DNA of 5,834 nt, from assembly GCA_964565125.1 (NCBI GenBank), contig CAZMCX010000051.1, positions 1-5,834 of the forward strand. Direction: 5' to 3'. Source of the DNA: an uncultured archaeon (lineage in GTDB: Archaea > Iainarchaeota > Iainarchaeia > Iainarchaeales > 0-14-0-20-30-16). Below are positions 1-5,834 of this stretch, piece after piece; position 1 is the first letter of the stretch, and each line of letters begins with the position of its first letter. The notes beneath the pieces were generated by a model that saw nothing but the letters and a program-made list of their open reading frames with translations, was not told where the DNA came from and did no database searches. Both the position numbers and the translations under genes were made by a program.

Positions 1-848
1 ATAATCCTAACAACAAGATCATAATAAACAAGCCTGAATGCCTGAGTTACTCTTACTAATGACTTTTTCTTTTTAATATCCTTTCTTATTTCTTTAGAGA
101 AAAATCCTATTGCTTTTTCATACTGCTCTGGGATGGGAGTTATTGGTTTATCTAGTGTAAATAACTCAGACCTCTGCTCTGCAATCTCATTTATATAGCT
201 GTCTGGCTTAAGCTTTTTACTATACTCTATAATCTCTTTTATCTGGTCAAAATTAAATCTTGATATGACTGTTCCAAGGCCAACATCAAGGTTTGGATAG
301 TCTTTCTGTAATTTTTTAAGGCCATTGTATGTTTTCATAAGATTTTTGAAATTGCCTTTAACGCCCCTTATTTCATCATGCTGCTCTTCAATTCCGTCAA
401 AGCTTGGCTTTATTGTGAAAACAGTCTTGCAGTTGTTCTTTTTCATAATCTCAAGAATTTTTTTTGTCTGCCTTAAAACAATTTCAGTTGCAATCGCATT
501 TGTTGGTGTGTGTATCACCCTTGGTGTAAGGTATTTGCATGCCAAATCAACTATTTCTGGCAAATCATTTCTTAAAAATGGCTCACCACCACTTATGTTA
601 AAGAAATACACATGGCCAATGCTTTTGAATATATTCTCTATCTCCTTAACTTTCAGCTCTTTTTCTCTTAACTTTGGCTTTTCCTTGTAAAGTTTCCATA
701 CATCACATGTTTTGCAGTGAGACTGGCACATATTTGTAACAGAAAAGGTTAAGTTATCAGGGATAAGAGGTTTAATTAAGCCAAGCATACTCAATTTATA
801 CTTAACAACCTTTGGAAAAAGCTCAAGAGTATAATACAAAGTTCCCAT
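1..848 (-). CDS. Radical SAM enzyme, partial (C-terminus beyond the left edge); possibly SPASM/twitch-type, but that region is not visible
   Basis: My own reverse-complement translation of the frame with codons at + positions 3k..3k+2 is open from 848 to the window edge (282 codons; I checked every triplet for tta/cta/tca). It reads MGTLYYTLELFPKVVKYKLSMLGLIKPLIPDNLTFSVTNMCQSHCKTCDVW...FFNISGGEPFLRNDLPEIV...SFDGIEEQHDEIRGVKGNFKNL.... The CX3CX2C cluster motif (Cys codons at 728-726, 716-714, 707-705), the GGEP SAM-binding motif (about 590-579) and the DG..E.HD.IRG..G.F motif are typical of anSME/SPASM-like radical SAM enzymes. The start is ATG 848..846 (AAGGT 7-11 nt upstream) or alternatively ATG 788..786 (Met21). 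The gene is absent from the supplied ORF track, probably because it has no in-window stop. Confidence 0.9.
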   Translation of the reverse strand, partial: MGTLYYTLELFPKVVKYKLSMLGLIKPLIPDNLTFSVTNMCQSHCKTCDVWKLYKEKPKLREKELKVKEIENIFKSIGHVYFFNISGGEPFLRNDLPEIVDLACKYLTPRVIHTPTNAIATEIVLRQTKKILEIMKKNNCKTVFTIKPSFDGIEEQHDEIRGVKGNFKNLMKTYNGLKKLQKDYPNLDVGLGTVISRFNFDQIKEIIEYSKKLKPDSYINEIAEQRSELFTLDKPITPIPEQYEKAIGFFSKEIRKDIKKKKSLVRVTQAFRLVYYDLVVRI

Positions 849-944
849 TTTAACCTTTTTATAAAATAGACTGGTTAATAAAGGTTTTTGTTTTTTCAAA
901 AAAATAAAAAGATTTATATAAAAAGTAGTAAAATATAAATTGAG
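849..944. promoter_or_regulatory. Divergent intergenic or promoter region between the radical SAM gene (-) and the AP-superfamily gene (+)
   Basis: This is the only substantial non-coding stretch in the window. It contains TTTATATA at 913-920, with its centre about 25-28 nt upstream of ATG 945. That spacing fits an archaeal TATA box driving a leaderless mRNA. It also contains TATAAA at 934-939, which could be a bacterial -10 box, and TTTTATAAAA on the minus strand (about 857-866). There is no convincing Shine-Dalgarno before ATG 945; only GAG sits directly adjacent. A/T-rich motifs are weak evidence in A/T-rich DNA. Confidence 0.3.
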
Positions 945-2111
945 ATGAAAACCTTAGTAATAGAAATCCATAGCTTGAATAAATTTCAAATAACTAAACA
1001 GAATACTCCTTTTCTTTATAAACTAACAAAAAAATATAGATTAGGGAAGGTAAGACCTTGTTTTGCTTATGATATTCAGACCTGTTTTTGGACAGGAACT
1101 TATCCAGAAAAGAATAATCATTTCGCAAAATATGAATATCACAAAAATTATGACAGATTCCATTTCATTGATTTGTTTCCAAATAAACTTAGAAATATTT
1201 TCTACAATGCTTGGAAATATTTAAAAGGAGACGACTTATTTACGAATTTATGCTCAAATAAATGTACTTACCATTTTAAGATTGCAAGAAGATTTCATTT
1301 CTTTCATAAAAAAGTGTTTGAAATTTCAACCATATTTGATATCTTAAGAAAAAATAACAAGAGATTTCTTTATTATCAATGGCCAATCATAGCAACAAAC
1401 AATGGTTGGAAATTAAGAATTTTTCCGAGATTAGATGATTTAAATGTATCAAAAAAATTCATTAAACTAGTGGGGAAAAATAATAATCTTGACTTTTATT
1501 TTATGCAGTTAAGGGATTTGGATATTGTTGCTCATAAATACGGGCCTTATTCAGAACAGGTAAAGAAAAAGCTTCAAATCATTGACCAAATATTAAAAGA
1601 CACAATTAATAAATTTTCCCTTAAGAAAGATAACCTTCTAATATTTTCATATTTTGGCATGGTACATGTCAGGGGAAAGATCAACATAAAAAAGATTCTG
1701 CCAAAATTTGGAAACGAGTACTATTACTTTCTTGACTCAACAGAAGCAAGATTCTGGTTTTTCAATAGAAAAATAAAAAAACAGGTTATTAACATACTAA
1801 AAAAAATAAAAAAAGGTCATTTGTTAACTGAAAAAGAAAAAATAAACTATCATGTTAACTTTAGGGATAACAGGCACTTTGAAGAGCTGTTTTTATTGAA
1901 ACCAGGATATATTATAAGCCCTGATTTCTTTCAAAAAAGACCAATAAAAGGGGCACATTCTTATGGATTAAAATGTGATGAAGAAAAAGGAATATTCCTG
2001 ATAAATAAAAAATCCAAGAAAGAAGCAGAACTTGTGGATATGATGCCAACTTTGCTTGATTTTTATAAAATAAAGACAAAATCTGATGGAAATTCTGTTT
2101 TGTTAATTTAA
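945..2111 (+). CDS. Alkaline-phosphatase-superfamily protein, type I phosphodiesterase / nucleotide pyrophosphatase-like (PF01663-like), with an apparently degenerate active site
   Basis: 388-aa ORF. Its motif order matches the NPP/PhnA-type family. The N-terminal strand LVIEIHSL corresponds to hhhhhDGh. PCFAYDIQTCFWTGTYPEKNNHF corresponds to PSFT.PN....TG.YP..HG with identical P-to-TG spacing. DLDIVAHKYGPYSEQVKKKLQIIDQIL corresponds to D..GH.yGP.S.E....l..vD. LLIFSYFGM corresponds to hhhhSDHGM. KGAHSYG corresponds to G.HGy. VDMMPTLLDFYKI corresponds to the v.PTh..hhgh C-terminal motif. No signal peptide or TM segment is evident. Confidence 0.7.
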   Translation: MKTLVIEIHSLNKFQITKQNTPFLYKLTKKYRLGKVRPCFAYDIQTCFWTGTYPEKNNHFAKYEYHKNYDRFHFIDLFPNKLRNIFYNAWKYLKGDDLFTNLCSNKCTYHFKIARRFHFFHKKVFEISTIFDILRKNNKRFLYYQWPIIATNNGWKLRIFPRLDDLNVSKKFIKLVGKNNNLDFYFMQLRDLDIVAHKYGPYSEQVKKKLQIIDQILKDTINKFSLKKDNLLIFSYFGMVHVRGKINIKKILPKFGNEYYYFLDSTEARFWFFNRKIKKQVINILKKIKKGHLLTEKEKINYHVNFRDNRHFEELFLLKPGYIISPDFFQKRPIKGAHSYGLKCDEEKGIFLINKKSKKEAELVDMMPTLLDFYKIKTKSDGNSVLLI

Positions 2112-3424
2112 TTAAAGTTTCTGAATGTGATAATTATATTATCCTTATGCAGTGTTGCAAACTTTTTCAGGCAAAGCCTTAGTTTATGCGCATCTCTAAA
2201 ATTTCCAAACAAACTGTCAAATTGCTCTAAATCATCTTTGCCCTTCAAACAAAAAGGATATGCTTTTTTAAGATAATAAACTGATTTATCGAAATAATTC
2301 TTGTTTATTCTATTAGATTTTATGCTTAGCATTGCAAATAACCCAGAAAAATATATCTTTATAACAGGGTCCCTATAATCAGCCAATGCCTTTAAATAAA
2401 ACTTTTTATTGTTATACAAAACTTTAAAAAACCAGCTCATATTTGCTCTTGCTTGGTATATTGTAGACAATAAGTTAAATAAAAAGTTAGATATTTTAAT
2501 ATGCCATCTTTTAGAGCTAATATAATCAACATGTTCCTTCAAGTAAATTTTTGAAACTTTTTTATATGCTTCATCCCATCCATTAATGCCTGCAAATTGT
2601 TCTAAAAAAAATTTTGTAATAATTAATAAGTCAGCTATTGAATCCAACCATAATTTTTCTGGGTTTTCTATATTGTTTATCTTATCTTCATCGTATTTTA
2701 ATCTAATTTCAGTAAAGTAAATTATCTTATTTACTAGTTCATTATTCTTATTATAAAACCCAGGGTAAGTTTTATTTAGTTTTGTATTCATGCCACTAAC
2801 ACAATCTGTTAGTTTAGGTTGATAATATCTCATAAGGATATTAAGTGCCTGACAGCATATGCTATATGTTTTTGTAGATTCCATAACCAGTTTATGTTTA
2901 AGTTTTTTGTCAGCTGTTTTGATTTCTTTCAAAGAAAACCACTCTGCAAAAAAGCCTATCCTATTAAACAGAAGCCTAACTCCTTCATATACGGGTAAGT
3001 TTTGCTCTTTTGGTATAGGAATCAACCCTCTAACATCATCACCATAAATTACTTTAGATGCATACTTTAAATCATAAAATCTCAGTATAGGCGCTACTTT
3101 CTTTAATTTATTTTTCTCAAAATACCTCACATCAATCTCTATCTCTTCATCATAGTGAGATATTTTTTTTTTGATTTTTTGGTAAATATGCTTCATAATC
3201 TTATTGCTTAATCTAGAATCTGTGATTACAAAAATATCAAAATCGCTTACCAACTCAATTTTATTAGAAGTCTTTTTTATAATTCCTTCTCCTTTTCCAT
3301 AGCCTCCAGCAAGAATAATAGAACATACATTTGGGGTGCTGTCTTTTAGAACATCCACTACCATCTCTAATTTCTTATTAATGAGATTATCAACTTGTTT
3401 ATTATACAATGTATACACTTCCAT
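2108..3424 (-). CDS. Pol-beta-fold nucleotidyltransferase domain protein with a large C-terminal helical domain of unknown function
   Basis: 438-aa ORF. The N-terminus carries CSIILAGGYGKGEG(x13)SDFDIFVI, i.e. an hG[GS] glycine-rich loop followed by DxD (Gly40 codon 3307..3305; Asp63 codon 3238..3236). A candidate third carboxylate lies in EIEIDVRY (Asp98, 3133..3131). GGYGKGE resembles the GGYGRGE loop of GlnD/GlnE-type and OAS-type nucleotidyltransferases. The remaining ~300 aa have no motif I recognise. The ATG sits 2 nt after the upstream methyltransferase stop. Confidence 0.65.
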   Translation of the reverse strand: MEVYTLYNKQVDNLINKKLEMVVDVLKDSTPNVCSIILAGGYGKGEGIIKKTSNKIELVSDFDIFVITDSRLSNKIMKHIYQKIKKKISHYDEEIEIDVRYFEKNKLKKVAPILRFYDLKYASKVIYGDDVRGLIPIPKEQNLPVYEGVRLLFNRIGFFAEWFSLKEIKTADKKLKHKLVMESTKTYSICCQALNILMRYYQPKLTDCVSGMNTKLNKTYPGFYNKNNELVNKIIYFTEIRLKYDEDKINNIENPEKLWLDSIADLLIITKFFLEQFAGINGWDEAYKKVSKIYLKEHVDYISSKRWHIKISNFLFNLLSTIYQARANMSWFFKVLYNNKKFYLKALADYRDPVIKIYFSGLFAMLSIKSNRINKNYFDKSVYYLKKAYPFCLKGKDDLEQFDSLFGNFRDAHKLRLCLKKFATLHKDNIIITFRNFN

Positions 3425-3426
3425 TT

Positions 3427-4188
3427 TTATTTTATTGCAAACCCAAAATATCCTGGGGTATTAAGCCTGTATTTATCAAATCTATCTAATTTTACTAAGA
3501 TGAAAAAGATTGGCCAAAGTATAATCCTTATAATAAAACCCAAGCCCATTAAAGAGTCAAGCGCATAAGTACCTAAATATACCACATTTGCAAATGAAGA
3601 AACATACCCTCCATGAGAGTGTATATACACTTTTTTGAACTCTTTTAATAGATATTTTAATCCCTCTTCTGTAAATCTATAATAATCATTTGGCGAAGCA
3701 TGTATTCTCTGAAAAAAAGGAGTGTAAAAGTATAAAAGTCCATTTGGTTTTAAAATTCTATAAATCTCTTTTATACTCTTCCAGGGTTCTGTTAAATGCT
3801 CAAACACCGACTTTGAGATTACTACATCAGTTGAACTAGTTTTTAATTGCATTGCCATGGCGTCCCCTACAATATCTGGATATGTTTCAGGATCAATATC
3901 AAGCCTGATGTATTTATGTTTTTTTAATAGTTTTTTTATCTTAGGGTTATCAAATGAGCCAATATTCCCCCCAATGTCAAGGATGATTGAGTCTGGTTTC
4001 AAGAGTTTAAAACGAGCCAATATTTTTTTATCTATCTTAGCGTAGACTGGTGCATGAAATGTTTTTTTATATAATTTACCAAAAAAAGTTGGTGAATTAA
4101 TTAGCTTTTCATATAATTTACCTCCTTTAGTTTTCCTCCAGTTTACTTCGTTATACAGCTTTGAAATATATTTTTTATTTTTTTCCAT
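3427..4188 (-). CDS. Class I SAM-dependent methyltransferase (Methyltransf_11-like) with a hydrophobic C-terminal tail
   Basis: 253-aa ORF. Motif I is IILDIGGNIGS (about 3984..3955). The acidic motif II is YIRLDIDPE, followed by PDIVGDAMAM. Motif IV is DVVISKSVFEHL, and the post-motif is EIYRILKPNGLLYFYTP. The C-terminal segment LMGLGFIIRIILWPIFFILVKL is strongly hydrophobic. The start ATG 4188..4186 overlaps the upstream gene by 14 nt. Confidence 0.88.
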   Translation of the reverse strand: MEKNKKYISKLYNEVNWRKTKGGKLYEKLINSPTFFGKLYKKTFHAPVYAKIDKKILARFKLLKPDSIILDIGGNIGSFDNPKIKKLLKKHKYIRLDIDPETYPDIVGDAMAMQLKTSSTDVVISKSVFEHLTEPWKSIKEIYRILKPNGLLYFYTPFFQRIHASPNDYYRFTEEGLKYLLKEFKKVYIHSHGGYVSSFANVVYLGTYALDSLMGLGFIIRIILWPIFFILVKLDRFDKYRLNTPGYFGFAIK

Positions 4189-5116
4189 TTTTTATATTAC
4201 CAAATTGAATTTTATCTAAGAACAACAAAATGAAAGTTGCAGCAATAAAATAATCCAGACATATTACCACAATATACATCCCTCCAACTATTGATGATGA
4301 AATACCTACCTTGCTGTATAGATATATGCCTAATGATTCTTTTATTCCGATGCCATTTGGACTTAAAGGCACAAAAGAAATTACAATAGTTGCTGCTTTT
4401 ATTAAAAAGATAAAAAGGATTGAAACATTTTTGCCTAATGCTAGGAATATTAAAAAGATACTAAGTGAACTTACAATCAACCTGAGGAATGTGAGGAAAG
4501 TATTTTTAATTATTTCTCTCTTGTATTTTTTTGGATAACTCACTAAACACTTATAAAAATTTTTAAACTTTATAGAATAAGATTTAAGAATATACTTTTT
4601 TATAATCTCTCTTCCTTTATTATGGAAGATAAAAAATGATATAATACAAAACATCGCTAAGAGGAGGATTGTGATGTTTATGATTTGACTGATTGAAAAA
4701 AAATAAAATATAGCAAAAATACCAAAAAAACAAGTAACTATTATCGTAATTAATTTATCTACTATCACAATTGCACTTGCTTCACCTAAATCAAGGTTAT
4801 TTTTTTTAAGAAAATATATCAGAGAAAGTTCACCTACTTTGCCCGGAGTAAATATACTCAAAGAATAGGTTATACAGATATACTTTAATAGTGTAAAGAA
4901 GTTTATATTCTTTTTATGGGGTTTTAAAAGGATGTTAATATTAATGGTGTTAATTAAAAATATTATGCCTATTAAAATAAAAATTAATGGTAAATAAGAG
5001 AGATTTATTCTTGATAGGCTTATATAAATACTTTTAAGGCCTATTCTATATAACAACAAAATCAATACTGATGCTCCAATAAACAATTTCAAAAAAAAAG
5101 CAGTTTTTTTCTTCAT
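4175..5116 (-). CDS. Polytopic membrane protein, UPF0104 / lysylphosphatidylglycerol-synthase TM-region (flippase-like, PF03706-like) family
   Basis: The protein is very hydrophobic, with roughly 8 predicted TM stretches. It has a basic N-terminus (MKKKTAFFLKLFIGASVLILLLY) and two repeated P-G-x-G-E-type loops (FTPGKVGELS and PLSPNGIGIKES) that I associate with this family. I place the start at ATG 5116..5114 rather than the track's 5158. This ATG forms an ATGA overlap with the upstream TGA stop (5115..5113) and has GAGGA 8 nt upstream. The extra 14 track residues (MPCWSNTNKKRIKR) lie inside the upstream ferredoxin coding sequence. Confidence 0.72.
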   Translation of the reverse strand: MKKKTAFFLKLFIGASVLILLLYRIGLKSIYISLSRINLSYLPLIFILIGIIFLINTININILLKPHKKNINFFTLLKYICITYSLSIFTPGKVGELSLIYFLKKNNLDLGEASAIVIVDKLITIIVTCFFGIFAIFYFFSISQIINITILLLAMFCIISFFIFHNKGREIIKKYILKSYSIKFKNFYKCLVSYPKKYKREIIKNTFLTFLRLIVSSLSIFLIFLALGKNVSILFIFLIKAATIVISFVPLSPNGIGIKESLGIYLYSKVGISSSIVGGMYIVVICLDYFIAATFILLFLDKIQFGNIKNGKK

Positions 5117-5834
5117 TCTTTTAATCCTCTTTTTATTTGTATTGCTCCAACAGGGCACACTTCAACACACTTTAGGCATCTGGCATCCATGCATTTCTTT
5201 CTGTTGATTTTGAGTTTATTGTCTATTGCCCAGACTGGGCACACCTCAACACACTTCATACATCTTGTGCATTTGGATTTAATAATTTTTGGTCTCAAAC
5301 CTACCATCCAGTTAAATAGAGGTATTAATGTTCTTTTTGGAAAAATCCTTGAATAAACATAATCAACAGCATGCATTAATTTAAAAAATAAGCAATACAC
5401 ATTTTGAGATAAAATCCTTTTTTCTAGCCTTACGGGCGTTTCCTTAAACTCTCCGATAATCTCAATATTTTTACTGCATAGCCCTTGTTTCACAGCTTCG
5501 TTTATATGCCTTATCTTTTTGTAGTTTATACCTATTATTTTGCAACAAATCTTATCTACAGCAACCACATCATCCCCAGCAACAATTGCCTTTACACTAA
5601 CTGGTTTTCCATAACCAGCTGATTTTGTTACATTTGTTGCATCAACAATTGTCAAATTAGGTTTACAGACCTTATTTAAGTCAACTATTGCAAGGTCTAA
5701 ATTTTTAAGATGAAATTTCCTTCTTTCTTCTTTATTTAGAACCCCCATAAGATTTTTCATGCCTGCTGTAACTGTTGTAAGCGAGTGCATTTTAAGCTTT
5801 GGAATGTTAATTAATACATCAGCTTCTAAAACTG
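5113..5834 (-). CDS. DUF362-domain protein fused to a C-terminal 2x[4Fe-4S] ferredoxin-type domain, partial (N-terminus beyond the right edge)
   Basis: The track starts at Met 5790, but I checked the frame and it stays open to the edge. It reads ..VLEADVLINIPKLKMHSLTTVTAGMKNLMG, which matches the DUF362 core (aDvhIn.PklKtH..tgvT.alKNl.G). Further DUF362-like stretches are LTIVDATNV...GKP and AIVAGDDVVAVDKICCKIIG. The C-terminus has CTRCMKCVEVCP (CX2CX2CX3CP) and CMDARCLKCVEVCP (CX4CX2CX3CP). Confidence 0.85.
   Translation of the reverse strand, partial: VLEADVLINIPKLKMHSLTTVTAGMKNLMGVLNKEERRKFHLKNLDLAIVDLNKVCKPNLTIVDATNVTKSAGYGKPVSVKAIVAGDDVVAVDKICCKIIGINYKKIRHINEAVKQGLCSKNIEIIGEFKETPVRLEKRILSQNVYCLFFKLMHAVDYVYSRIFPKRTLIPLFNWMVGLRPKIIKSKCTRCMKCVEVCPVWAIDNKLKINRKKCMDARCLKCVEVCPVGAIQIKRGLKE
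5153..5265 (-). repeat. Intragenic direct repeat encoding the two ferredoxin cluster motifs
   Basis: GGGCACACTTCAACACACTTTAGGCATCT (5153-5181) and GGGCACACCTCAACACACTTCATACATCT (5237-5265) match at 25 of 29 positions and lie 84 nt (28 codons) apart. On the minus strand both encode [R/K]C[L/M]KCVEVCP. This is a coding duplication, not a non-coding element. Confidence 0.8.

Noticed and set aside
325-690. Track ORF of 121 aa on the + strand
   Set aside because: It lies entirely antisense to the motif-bearing radical SAM frame. It starts at TTG, and its sequence is low-complexity and hydrophobic with no recognisable motif. This is typical of a shadow ORF in A/T-rich DNA.
1-848. Radical SAM gene as a viperin-like (pVip) antiviral enzyme
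   Set aside because: The region around the cluster motif (FSVTNMCQSHCKTC) and the DG..E.HD.IRG motif resemble anSME/SPASM-type maturases rather than the viperin pattern I recall. No nucleotide kinase partner is visible either.
885-910. T-tract/A-tract quasi-palindrome (TTTTTGTTTTTTCAAAAAAATAAAAA) as a terminator hairpin or operator
   Set aside because: The arms are imperfect and consist purely of A/T, so a stem would be very weak. No gene ends here that would need a terminator. It may simply be bent or UP-element-like promoter DNA.
2108-2115. TTAATTAA palindrome as a mobile-element end or insertion target
   Set aside because: No flanking inverted repeats, transposase, integrase or target-site duplication is present. 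Two opposed TAA stops fully explain the palindrome.
2859-3047. Track ORF of 62 aa on the + strand
   Set aside because: It is antisense within the nucleotidyltransferase gene, short, and has no motif or plausible start context.
3163-3172. Homopolymer tracts as phase-variation switches: T10 at 3163-3172 in the NTase gene, and A9 at 5091-5099 plus T7 at 5104-5110 at the 5' end of the membrane gene
   Set aside because: They encode Lys/Phe runs, which are expected in a very A/T-rich genome, and all reading frames are intact. Without population data there is no evidence of length variation.
2108-3424. Nucleotidyltransferase as a CBASS CD-NTase or another defence-system signalling enzyme
   Set aside because: No effector-type partner (SAVED, patatin, endonuclease, or small 2-4 TM effector) or Cap2/Cap3-like gene is present. 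The gene is translationally coupled to a methyltransferase in a biosynthesis-like operon. I cannot exclude this without structural comparison, but nothing in the window supports it.
3857-4045. Track ORF of 62 aa on the + strand
   Set aside because: It is antisense to the methyltransferase core (motif I region) and is a shadow ORF.
4311-4538. Track ORF of 75 aa on the + strand
   Set aside because: It is antisense within the UPF0104 membrane-protein gene and is a shadow ORF.
5117-5158. N-terminal extension (MPCWSNTNKKRIKR) of the membrane protein as given in the track
   Set aside because: It would overlap the ferredoxin domain coding sequence by 46 nt. The downstream ATG at 5116..5114 has an ATGA coupling overlap, a GAGGA Shine-Dalgarno-like element and a typical MKKK-plus-hydrophobic N-terminus.
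5153-5265. 29-nt direct repeat as a possible CRISPR-like or regulatory repeat
   Set aside because: There are only two copies. Both are in frame inside a CDS and encode the duplicated CVEVCP ferredoxin motif.

Overview
The window is AT-rich and almost fully coding, with six protein genes and no rRNA, tRNA, CRISPR array or recognisable mobile element. The minus strand at 5834..2108 carries a four-gene, translationally coupled operon. In order it encodes a DUF362-type protein with a C-terminal 2x[4Fe-4S] ferredoxin domain (5' end off-window), a UPF0104 / LPG-synthase-TM-type polytopic membrane protein, a class I SAM methyltransferase with a hydrophobic C-terminal tail, and a 438-aa Pol-beta-fold nucleotidyltransferase with a long unassigned helical domain. 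An alkaline-phosphatase-superfamily gene (945..2111, +) converges on this operon. By eye, this phosphodiesterase/NPP-like protein has lost its nucleophile and one metal site. A radical SAM gene runs divergently from it on the minus strand (848..1, 3' end off-window). The supplied ORF track does not list that gene and instead shows its antisense shadow at 325..690. The most interesting element is the coupled Fe-S / membrane / methyltransferase / nucleotidyltransferase module, which matches no pathway I can name. All family calls are by-eye motif recognition and need HMM or structure confirmation. The taxon cannot be assigned, because both Shine-Dalgarno-like and archaeal TATA-like, leaderless-compatible signals are present.
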